From positions 23,581-87,580 of the IMG/VR virus record IMGVR_UViG_3300023174_000117: 64,000 nucleotides of DNA. One strand, 5' to 3'. Positions 27,686 through 36,220 of the stretch are shown here, one piece after another. Source of the stretch: a virus. The notes under the pieces were generated by a model that was not told the DNA's origin, ran no database searches, and saw nothing but the letters and a program-made list of their open reading frames with translations. The translations under genes and the position numbers were made by a program. Each line of letters starts with the position of its first letter. Positions within the stretch are counted from its first letter, which is position 1.

Positions 27686-30532
27686 TTACATCCTTCTTGT
27701 CACATGAGCCAGGACTGGTTTTGGCATAACAGTTTCGCTATTATTTATACCTGGTTTAATAGTAAAACCTTTAGTTAAATCAAATTTATATGCCATATAG
27801 GCATACATAAGTGCCATAAGACCGTCGTTAGGCGAATTACCCTTTATATATGTTTTTATCGGCTGACCACCAACAACTCTGATGGATGATTCCATAGACG
27901 TGCAATGATCGATGAGCCATTCAATATACTCAAAGCTTTTCCACGGAAATCTTATCTTTCCTTTTCTAAAGTTATCAAAGATTTCTTCAACCAAAAGATC
28001 TTTATTATAAGAGACTATCAATTCGTCATCTCTGAATTTCAGAGGCTTTAATAAATTTCCGCTTCCCTGGGCGCCTAAAAATTTATCGCCATAATGCCTT
28101 TGAAGATCATGAACAACGTCCTGACCAAAGAACCAGTCAGACACGCCGAGTTTTACCCCAAATCTTTTATACATCTCATTTATTGTCTCTTTCTTATAAT
28201 CAAAGTCTTGCTTCTTTAATTTATGGGCATGCTCAACAAGAAGTGTTCCGTCGGGCATAGCAGAAAGAATAACAACACAGGAGTATGACTGACCCACGTT
28301 GGAGGAATTATCATCGTCTTTGCCACCCCAGTCAACTCCAAGATAAGTTGTCTTTTCTCTGGGCAAAATCCTTTTGGCAAGAGAACGATCTGCATCTCGG
28401 CATTTTTCATATATTTCAGCCCTAGTTATTGGAAGTCCCGCTCCAGAGAAAAATTCTCCAACAACCTCGTTCTTATAAATCCTATCTGTCTGAAGTGGGT
28501 TATTTTCAGGCATAAGGTTTAGAATATTTTCTTTTGTAAAGTAAGGGATATATAGCTGATTTATATGAAAACCTACGAATTTACAATCCTCTGATTTTCT
28601 TGAGGCTACCCACATGCCGTTTTCAATTGCATCTACTTTATTCTGTTCGCAGGAACAAAGTGGACACTTTATTGTGTAACCGGAGACCCAGATGTCCAAC
28701 CAGTCTCTGCTTTCGGGAAGATAAAAAGGATAAGTCCCTTTGCAATTCTTGCAGCCAAGATGATAATATCTCTGATCAGACATATCCCACATGGATGAGA
28801 AATAACTATTCTTTTCCTTTGGTGTTCCAAAGTAAACTTGAACGCCAGTGCCAACAGGACCATATTTTGCTGCGGTCAATATTTTTGTTGCGTTTCCAAT
28901 TGACTGTGCAAACATGTCCTGACAATTGCTGACTACTATTCCTCCAAGATTTTTGCTAGTTTTTGAAGTAGTTACGATAAAATTGTGGTTGTCCTCAACC
29001 TCAATATCATAAACAACTTCTTTGTAATCTAATTTTATTATTTTATCAACAGATGTGACACTAGTTACAAGTTTTCCTTCATTCCATTCATATTTATCAT
29101 TATCAGTGTTTAGAATTTCATATGATATATTGTCATGAACATATGGAGAAATTAGTTCGGATAACTTCTTAAAACTATCCTCATTAAAATATATTGAATA
29201 ATACTTCTTATCCTTTTTTGCACCAGAAAGATAAGATTTGTAGTGACAATCTATTCCAAGTGACTTAAATTTTTCAACGAATCTTTTCTGTGAATCTTCA
29301 TCAAAAGAACGGGTTGATAAACACACAGAGCCGGATTCACCCCATTTTTTAACGCTACCATTATCCATAAACCATATGGCAATACCTCTTTCATCAAGGC
29401 TATCCAAAACCCATTGAGGGCAACTAACCTTATTCTTTGGTAAAGCCGAATTCAAGCCAAACAACTTGGTAGTAAATTTGATGGCCGGCTTTTTACTAAA
29501 GCCATTTTCTTCTATTGTAGCAATACTAGAATCAAAAAATGATGCCTTCCACTTGCAATAATTTGATTGTGATTCTCCATGAATCACGCTCATCCTGTAT
29601 TTTCCATTTCCACTACTTGCAATGGAGCCGGCGCCAAGAAATGAACCCAAAACTATTTGTAATTGATCAGAATTTAAATTTCTAACGAATGTTTTTGTGG
29701 CCGGGGAGGACATTATCAGGCTTCCGATCGTGAGATTTTCCGCCATAATCCAGCCTTTAGTTGTTAAAAATTTATGATTTGGCGTACATCTGACTACCCT
29801 ATTTCCAAGATGTAGCTCTAATAAACTTCTCTCGCCTCTATTCCAAGCATTTTTAATCTTTTTAAATTCAAAAGACTTCAATTCTTCATTGTAGCTTTTT
29901 ACAAATGGAAGTTGCTCACCTTTTGTAAATAGGTCAAATATTTTTCCTATTTCTATTTTTCCAGAATCAGTCTCTATAAATGTGTTGTATGGAAAGCATT
30001 CATCAAAAAAGATAGCATCAACGGTCATACCACGAATTCTGTCTGCATCTTCACCAATACTATCTATCCATAAAGTTCCGTTATTAAACTGCTTCATGGT
30101 TAGATTGTCTGCTGCGTTCGTTGATTTTAGCTTGTTCTTTATTAGAAAGTTATCTTTTGATGTTCTTATTAAGCTTTCTAACTTATCCTGAGAAAAACGC
30201 TTTACGAAATGAAGGGCGGGAAAGGCATGAAGAACCTTCATATTTTGAAACATACCACCATTTGTAAAATATAGATCTAAGGCGGCGGCCATCATAGTGG
30301 CACCAACCTGTCGACCCTTTTTGATTACAACTGGTTTCCCAATCTTCTGAGTTGATTGCAGACCTATATATCTATAAATGTCAACCATGAATTTCCAGCC
30401 GTTACCAATAATTCGGAACTCCTCTCCATCGAGTCTCAAATTATTTTGGATAAAGTAGGCTGGGTCTAAATCCAGAAAGTTGCTTTTTATATTATCAAAT
30501 AGTTCTTGCTCTTTCTTTTTTAATTCATTCAT
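27686..30532 (-). CDS. terL: Terminase large subunit (lambda gpA-like) with intein
   Basis: KGRQVG.T Walker A, IRG..VDAIFFDE Walker B, GTP coupling motif, CxxC Zn knuckles, GVDWG nuclease motif, ND.LMA. Confidence 0.9.
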   Translation of the reverse strand: MNELKKKEQELFDNIKSNFLDLDPAYFIQNNLRLDGEEFRIIGNGWKFMVDIYRYIGLQSTQKIGKPVVIKKGRQVGATMMAAALDLYFTNGGMFQNMKVLHAFPALHFVKRFSQDKLESLIRTSKDNFLIKNKLKSTNAADNLTMKQFNNGTLWIDSIGEDADRIRGMTVDAIFFDECFPYNTFIETDSGKIEIGKIFDLFTKGEQLPFVKSYNEELKSFEFKKIKNAWNRGERSLLELHLGNRVVRCTPNHKFLTTKGWIMAENLTIGSLIMSSPATKTFVRNLNSDQLQIVLGSFLGAGSIASSGNGKYRMSVIHGESQSNYCKWKASFFDSSIATIEENGFSKKPAIKFTTKLFGLNSALPKNKVSCPQWVLDSLDERGIAIWFMDNGSVKKWGESGSVCLSTRSFDEDSQKRFVEKFKSLGIDCHYKSYLSGAKKDKKYYSIYFNEDSFKKLSELISPYVHDNISYEILNTDNDKYEWNEGKLVTSVTSVDKIIKLDYKEVVYDIEVEDNHNFIVTTSKTSKNLGGIVVSNCQDMFAQSIGNATKILTAAKYGPVGTGVQVYFGTPKEKNSYFSSMWDMSDQRYYHLGCKNCKGTYPFYLPESRDWLDIWVSGYTIKCPLCSCEQNKVDAIENGMWVASRKSEDCKFVGFHINQLYIPYFTKENILNLMPENNPLQTDRIYKNEVVGEFFSGAGLPITRAEIYEKCRDADRSLAKRILPREKTTYLGVDWGGKDDDNSSNVGQSYSCVVILSAMPDGTLLVEHAHKLKKQDFDYKKETINEMYKRFGVKLGVSDWFFGQDVVHDLQRHYGDKFLGAQGSGNLLKPLKFRDDELIVSYNKDLLVEEIFDNFRKGKIRFPWKSFEYIEWLIDHCTSMESSIRVVGGQPIKTYIKGNSPNDGLMALMYAYMAYKFDLTKGFTIKPGINNSETVMPKPVLAHVTRRM
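28925..29998 (-). mobile_element. Intein (358 aa) with degenerate LAGLIDADG domain in TerL
   Basis: Starts CFPYNT after Walker B DE; block B CTPNHKF; block F VYDIEVEDNHNF; ends VVSN/C. Confidence 0.9.
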
Positions 30533-30544
30533 AGAGACATATTA

Positions 30545-31117
30545 CTACTTTTGAATTGGCATCGCATGATTATAATAATCTGCGATATCATCCCCCTGCA
30601 TTGGATCTACTTCCAATTGTTTATAAACTATAGGTTCTCTGGCTGATGGGATCTTACTTTTGATACTTGCGACAAATCTCTTCAGTTTGTCGAGATCTAT
30701 CTTGAGCTGATCCATATCTGAGAAATTATCACGACATCTCTGAATGACATTTAGCTGATCTAAATGTGGCTCGCTTGAAAGCATATCTGAGATGAATTTT
30801 TTTATCTCATCAACCTTTCTAACTTTATCGCAAATACAAGATGCACCCTTGCCGCAGGAGCACTCCTTGGAAGCGGTCTTGCTATTGGTTTCTTCAGAAC
30901 CTTCCTTTATGTTTGTGAAGGTTTCAAAGCCAACTCTGCTCATGATATCCTTCATTTTATCTTCAATTGTTGCGAATTTTTCATTTCTGTGAAAAACTCC
31001 AGGTGGAGGCGGCGGCGCAACATTTGCAATCTTTGGAAGATTCTTGGCAAAATTGTCTAACCAATCAACGGTTATGTTGTATTTCTCAACCTCATCTGTT
31101 CTTGTTATTTTTGTCAT
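30545..31117 (-). CDS. Hypothetical head-module protein
   Basis: KIA/KFA/KTAS motifs; CSCG..C.C. Confidence 0.55.
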   Translation of the reverse strand: MTKITRTDEVEKYNITVDWLDNFAKNLPKIANVAPPPPPGVFHRNEKFATIEDKMKDIMSRVGFETFTNIKEGSEETNSKTASKECSCGKGASCICDKVRKVDEIKKFISDMLSSEPHLDQLNVIQRCRDNFSDMDQLKIDLDKLKRFVASIKSKIPSAREPIVYKQLEVDPMQGDDIADYYNHAMPIQK

Positions 31118-31134
31118 TTTAAGTCCAATAGGTA

Positions 31135-32031
31135 TTATGAGAAATAATTTTTTATAAATTCAATTCCGTAGTTTTCCTCTCCAGACTTCTCGGGGTCATG
31201 AGAGAATGTTCCACGATCTTTGAAGATTGGAAAGCCGCTATCCATAACAACCTGCATTATAGAGAGTTCGTCTCTCTCAGTTAGATCATATTTTTTCTTT
31301 AGAAAATCAAATACTTGCTCGAAAGGCTTTCCTCCGGCAACAACTGAGTTTATCAATATTCCAGATATTGCTCTTTCAAATGGAGTTACTACAACTCTTA
31401 GCTTTGGAGAAAATGCTTTCTTCTCCATGGCTTCGTCGCCAATCATTTTGTCATAAACAATTTCTATAGATTCGTCCATGCCCTCAAAGGCTTCCTTATC
31501 TAGGCTGGCGCTCTTTTTCATGCCCTTCAGCTCTGATTTTAATTTTGTCAGATGGTCTTTTAGGACTATAAGATCTTTCATGATCGAAACTCTTACTTCT
31601 TCGAGTCTCACGACATCTAAAATGTTATCCATATCCTTTTTTATTGCCGATGAAATTTCTTTGTTTATACCATCGAGGAATCTTATTGCTCTCTCGCAAC
31701 CAAGAGTGCTCTTTCCATCGTGACTTGGAATGCCACCTGGATACATGGATTCAACATATTTCATAAAGCTCTTTACGTTATTATTTTCTTTCCAGTCTTT
31801 GATAAAATCCTCTGGTGGATGATCCATTACAACAGATTCCTGGTCATCGGCCGAATTTACAAGAGCATCGCTTCCTGGAATTTTCTCTTGGAAGACTATC
31901 TCTTCTACCTTTACGGGGTTTAAGCCTGAAGAATCCTCTGCGTAAGATACCTGAGATGTTTGTGGATTTGCTCCCGAAGAATCTTTTAATTCTTCAGAAA
32001 AAGCTACGACATAAAAATTGTTATCTTTCAT
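31135..32031 (-). CDS. Hypothetical head-module protein
   Basis: KSAS/KEA/KKA motifs; GGAG RBS. Confidence 0.55.
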   Translation of the reverse strand: MKDNNFYVVAFSEELKDSSGANPQTSQVSYAEDSSGLNPVKVEEIVFQEKIPGSDALVNSADDQESVVMDHPPEDFIKDWKENNNVKSFMKYVESMYPGGIPSHDGKSTLGCERAIRFLDGINKEISSAIKKDMDNILDVVRLEEVRVSIMKDLIVLKDHLTKLKSELKGMKKSASLDKEAFEGMDESIEIVYDKMIGDEAMEKKAFSPKLRVVVTPFERAISGILINSVVAGGKPFEQVFDFLKKKYDLTERDELSIMQVVMDSGFPIFKDRGTFSHDPEKSGEENYGIEFIKNYFS

Positions 32032-32043
32032 AAATTCTCCACT

Positions 32044-32442
32044 TTATGGTAAAAGACTGATAAGTCCATAATAAACTGTTCTAATATTATCATCGGCATA
32101 ATATGGTAACGGATAAGAATGGGTTGGGTTAGAAGTGTTGCCGACATACATGTGGGGATAAATTGGGCTTCCGTCCATAGGTATATTAGCAGAATTATTA
32201 CTTGAGACACCCTCTCCAAACTTACAATCAACAGATTTCTTTTGCTCTAATATAATATTTGCATAAGGACAAGCCCTGCCATCTTCTGCATTTAAAACAT
32301 ATACTCTTTGATTATATTCCTTATGTGCCTCTGTATCCTCAGAGTTCAAAGGAATCATTTCAAAGACTGATTTTCCAACAGACTTACAGGCTCCAGGTAT
32401 CTGAAGCCCAAATGGACAGGTTTTTATCTTTCCTCTTAGCAT
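32044..32442 (-). CDS. Cys-rich hypothetical protein
   Basis: CPFGL....C...CPY...C; late-promoter motif 21 nt upstream. Confidence 0.55.
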   Translation of the reverse strand: MLRGKIKTCPFGLQIPGACKSVGKSVFEMIPLNSEDTEAHKEYNQRVYVLNAEDGRACPYANIILEQKKSVDCKFGEGVSSNNSANIPMDGSPIYPHMYVGNTSNPTHSYPLPYYADDNIRTVYYGLISLLP

Positions 32443-32487
32443 TTTTATAAATTACCAAAATATATTAATATATTGTTAAAATTTTTG

Positions 32488-33264
32488 CTATGACATATAG
32501 TCTAGAAGCAGACCCTTCCGTATTATATATTCTTTGTATGGACCAACGAGAGGAATTTTTTTGTAAAGTCCCATCTCTTTTATATAAAAGAATGTGGCCT
32601 CCGGATCTATCATCATTGCTTTGTTTATCTCGGAAGATTTTGAAAAGTCATCAGTATCGTTCTCGTCTTCTTTAGAATATATATTTTTAGAATAATCTAT
32701 TATATCGCCATGAATATTAAACCCCATCTTAACGGCAAGATGTATGGCCCTAAATATTCTTCTTTTGTCGTTACCTATAGATATTCTTGCGGGACATGGG
32801 GTTCTGATTATTTTATCGGAAATATCTCGAAGTCCTAGCTCGGTTGGATCGTAAATCTTTTCAGAGAAGAAATCTTGATGCATACTGTTTATTGTAAAAT
32901 CTCTTGAAAAAGATTCTTTAAATTTTATTTTTTCAGGATGGTTCTGATTAACATAATCAGAGGCATTGGAATAAATTACATTGGAGCTAAAATCATAATT
33001 TTTTAACTCATCAAGTATAGATACGTGCTTATCTTTAAACATCTTGAAAGTTTTATTTCTTATCGATGCAAAAAGAATGGATAGTCTGACGCAATCATTT
33101 GACATAGTTGTTATATCAAAGTCTTTTATTTCATCAAATGATAAACCTGAGCAATAATCTCTTACGGCGCCCCCAACGAGATATGGTTTACCAATAAGAT
33201 ACTCTCTGTGAAGCCGAGTCAGCAGCGAAAAGTCTTCGTAATTCTTTTTGTAGAAATCCCCCAT
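32488..33264 (-). CDS. tRNA nucleotidyltransferase/poly(A) polymerase family protein (class II NTase head domain)
   Basis: YLVGGAVRD, DFD, RDFTINS, DP...G..DI...IIR, DKRRIFRA. Confidence 0.8.
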   Translation of the reverse strand: MGDFYKKNYEDFSLLTRLHREYLIGKPYLVGGAVRDYCSGLSFDEIKDFDITTMSNDCVRLSILFASIRNKTFKMFKDKHVSILDELKNYDFSSNVIYSNASDYVNQNHPEKIKFKESFSRDFTINSMHQDFFSEKIYDPTELGLRDISDKIIRTPCPARISIGNDKRRIFRAIHLAVKMGFNIHGDIIDYSKNIYSKEDENDTDDFSKSSEINKAMMIDPEATFFYIKEMGLYKKIPLVGPYKEYIIRKGLLLDYMS

Positions 33265-33278
33265 TTCTAATCCTTAGC

Positions 33279-34814
33279 CTATGCCGTTGGAGCGGGCGCT
33301 GGTGTTGCTGGCTGGCCTGAAACTGGCGCTGTAGCTGCCGCCGAGGGTGCTGCCGGTGTCTCGACCGCCTCAGCCCCTTCGGCGCCTTCCTGAGCCTCTT
33401 CAGGCTCGGTTTCGGATGGCTTGCCTCCAGAGGCCAACTCCATAATTGCACGATTATTAGATAACATACCAAGCATCTTGGTTACTCTAACTAGTGCATA
33501 AGAGTAAGAATCGATGAGCTTACTCTGAGCTTCTGATAGCTCAGGGAACATTGATGCGATACCTATCTTATCTAACATAATATCGAATTCCGCCAAGAAT
33601 CTGATTACCCTTCGATCGGATAACATTCCTGCTATTTGCTCTAGCTTTTTGGAAGCATCATCTATGTTTACCGATGTTCCAAGAACTTTATCATATTCAT
33701 TTGGCATAGGTCCCGGAAGTGGAGCAACCTCTTTTATCATTTCTTCGCCAACAGTTTCGTTCTGACGATCTTGACTTCTCTTTTCTGCAGCGATTTGCTC
33801 TGGAGTTTTTTCTGGTGATTCATCTGTAGCGACCGGAGCAGCAACTGGCTCTGTAGGAGCTGATGTCGGAGCGGTAACGACTTCTGGGGAGGCTGTCTCT
33901 TGAGCAAACTTTTTAAGTATATTTGCGCCATCGGAAAAACCTATCTTCTGGAGCTGATTTGCGGCACCAAAAGACAAGTCTGATGCAGTAGAGTGCAACC
34001 TTACTTTGCCAATTTGAACGTCAAGCTTATGTAGAATCTCTGAAATTTGCTCATATTTATCGGGATCGACAAAATCCTCGCTTTCCTTGAGAATCTTATC
34101 CATTCTTCTCCAGGCTGTGTTGAACTTTTTCTTCCAGGTCTTATAGGAGGTCTTCATCTCAGCCTTATCCCTGGCGTCGTTCACAGAATTCTCAAAGCTA
34201 TGCGCAGAGCTTAAGGCTGTACCATAATCGCGATCACCGCTATAAGAATCAGTTCCATTCATTGGTAAATAGAAGGATGCTTGCTTTTTCATATTTTCAG
34301 TCCCATTCTCATTGCTATATTTTTTATTATTACCATCATTATAATATTTTACCCATCTTTTAAACTTCATTCTTTCTTCGGGATCTTTTATTTTCAATGA
34401 TGTTTTTTCTAAAGACTCTGGATAAGAATATTTTCCCTCATAAAAATTTGAATAAATTTCCTTTACCAATTCAGACCAAGCCATTAGATCATATTGGTTT
34501 TGATATATCTCAAAAATTCTCTGTCCAGATGTGTTGGGATAAGCACTCTTGACCATGTTTTTTTCTGCAGAATCTACTCTAGAATGATAAAGCTGAGAAA
34601 ATACTAGATGATAATAGTCTGCAATGGTTTTGTAATCTTCGGAATTCCCTCTATTATCCCAACTCTTCTTTACAATAGATTGATCTTTAATGCCGAGAAG
34701 ATCTGCGGCAAGTTTTATTTTTGCAAAAAAAGAGTGGTCTTTTTCGCTCTTAATTTCATATGAATCCAGATTCAAGATTTCTTGATCTAAAAATTTATTA
34801 AAATTATCATTCAT
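33279..34814 (-). CDS. Putative internal head protein
   Basis: KSAY, KQAS, KFAQ motifs; Pro/Ala-rich linkers; helical domains. Confidence 0.55.
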   Translation of the reverse strand: MNDNFNKFLDQEILNLDSYEIKSEKDHSFFAKIKLAADLLGIKDQSIVKKSWDNRGNSEDYKTIADYYHLVFSQLYHSRVDSAEKNMVKSAYPNTSGQRIFEIYQNQYDLMAWSELVKEIYSNFYEGKYSYPESLEKTSLKIKDPEERMKFKRWVKYYNDGNNKKYSNENGTENMKKQASFYLPMNGTDSYSGDRDYGTALSSAHSFENSVNDARDKAEMKTSYKTWKKKFNTAWRRMDKILKESEDFVDPDKYEQISEILHKLDVQIGKVRLHSTASDLSFGAANQLQKIGFSDGANILKKFAQETASPEVVTAPTSAPTEPVAAPVATDESPEKTPEQIAAEKRSQDRQNETVGEEMIKEVAPLPGPMPNEYDKVLGTSVNIDDASKKLEQIAGMLSDRRVIRFLAEFDIMLDKIGIASMFPELSEAQSKLIDSYSYALVRVTKMLGMLSNNRAIMELASGGKPSETEPEEAQEGAEGAEAVETPAAPSAAATAPVSGQPATPAPAPTA

Positions 34815-35043
34815 CTTTAGTTACTTTTATTTTTTCCTTCAAAGAGTCTAGCTTATGTAAAAAATCTGCAACATGTTCTTTTCTATGATCTGTAATATTT
34901 GTTTTTCTTATTTGCTCTGATATATTATCTATGAGCAAATTTAATATATGAGAAGGGCATTCAGCTTTTATATTGGTATTATCTTTAATCCAATTTTTAA
35001 AAGCAAAAACAGTATCTGTATCCTTTGCGCTTATCTTTGCCAT
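34807..35043 (-). CDS. Hypothetical protein
   Basis: TAATG coupling with the upstream gene. Confidence 0.55.
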   Translation of the reverse strand: MAKISAKDTDTVFAFKNWIKDNTNIKAECPSHILNLLIDNISEQIRKTNITDHRKEHVADFLHKLDSLKEKIKVTKDE

Positions 35044-35741
35044 TAAATATTCTCGCTGCTAACATCTATCAAATAATTATTATATTCTGGCGAATCATAA
35101 TTTAATTGCTGCATTCTTTTGTTCAATTTTTCCATAAATACTAAAATTAGTGATGGTTCCATCTCCCTAATGAGATCAAGCATTACCTCTTTGAGTATCT
35201 TTACCTGCGAATCTACAACTTGAACGCTAATATTATGCTCAATCTTTGTATCTGCAACACCCTCAACATATTTCTTCCAATCCTGCATTATAGCTCTCAT
35301 GGCATTTAAATATTCAAGAAAAACCTTATCATGCTTGGTGCTCCCGCCAGCCATTATTGTGTTGTAATAAAATTCAAGCCTTGATGAGATTAGCTTTTCC
35401 ATTTCAAGAAGTTTTCTGGAAACATCTATTTCATTGGAAACAATTTCATCTAACTTCTTCTGATATTCGGAAGAATTAACGACAGCAAGACGAGCCTCAT
35501 GAGAGGCCGTCTCTTCCTCATTCATCTTTCTTCTATTTTTTATATCTTCGAGTAGGTCACCTTTTATGTCTAAATGCTTTGACCTAAAGGTTTGCAAGCT
35601 CATATAAGATATGTGATATCTCTTGTTTTTCGGATACTTTGATTTTAACCAGGCCTCGACATGTTTGACCGAATCACCATTTAGAAGTTTTTTTATAATT
35701 TCTTCTTTATCTGGATGTCTAGAGATCTTGTTCTCAAGCAT
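35043..35741 (-). CDS. Candidate terminase small subunit / HTH protein
   Basis: N-terminal HP..EEI...L..G.S...V..WL helix-turn-helix followed by coiled coils; upstream of TerL. Confidence 0.45.
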   Translation of the reverse strand: MLENKISRHPDKEEIIKKLLNGDSVKHVEAWLKSKYPKNKRYHISYMSLQTFRSKHLDIKGDLLEDIKNRRKMNEEETASHEARLAVVNSSEYQKKLDEIVSNEIDVSRKLLEMEKLISSRLEFYYNTIMAGGSTKHDKVFLEYLNAMRAIMQDWKKYVEGVADTKIEHNISVQVVDSQVKILKEVMLDLIREMEPSLILVFMEKLNKRMQQLNYDSPEYNNYLIDVSSENI

Positions 35742-35752
35742 TACTTCTTCCC

Positions 35753-35785
35753 AAAAAAAATAGGAGGTTATTTACCTCCTATTTT
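35753..35785 (-). terminator. Rho-independent terminator
   Basis: AAAATAGGAGGT/ACCTCCTATTTT stem with U-tract. Confidence 0.8.
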
Positions 35786-35804
35786 ACTTTAACTTATGTT
35801 AATT

Positions 35805-36209
35805 TTAGTAACCAACTTTCGTTTGTAGTGAAACGCTCCCACCTGGAACTATGGAGCCGTCTTCTCTCTTGAATCCCTGAGAGTAATCATAAATTTTTCC
35901 GGTTATTGGATCTGCAACGACGCCATCAGAAACTCTAATGGCACCTTGGCCGGGTCTGTCTGGGGAAGATCTTGTTGAGAGTGGTCCCATGGTCTCTGGT
36001 TTTTTGACATCGACCTTTGGCTGATTCTCTCCAGGGGTAGGATATTTCGAAGATTCTGGTGGTACTTGAAGCTCTTTCTTCTTGACAGCATCCTCTCTAG
36101 TACCATAATTGGTGACTACTGGATTTGGAGTCTGAAGAAAGCCGGATGGCTCTATCTGAGATTCTTTGTATATTCCGGCAATTTTTAAAAGCCTATTCTC
36201 TCTCTTCAT
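35805..36209 (-). CDS. Hypothetical virion protein
   Basis: LLKIA near the N-terminus; Pro/Gly-rich. Confidence 0.55.
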   Translation of the reverse strand: MKRENRLLKIAGIYKESQIEPSGFLQTPNPVVTNYGTREDAVKKKELQVPPESSKYPTPGENQPKVDVKKPETMGPLSTRSSPDRPGQGAIRVSDGVVADPITGKIYDYSQGFKREDGSIVPGGSVSLQTKVGY

Positions 36210-36220
36210 TTTGAATCCTA

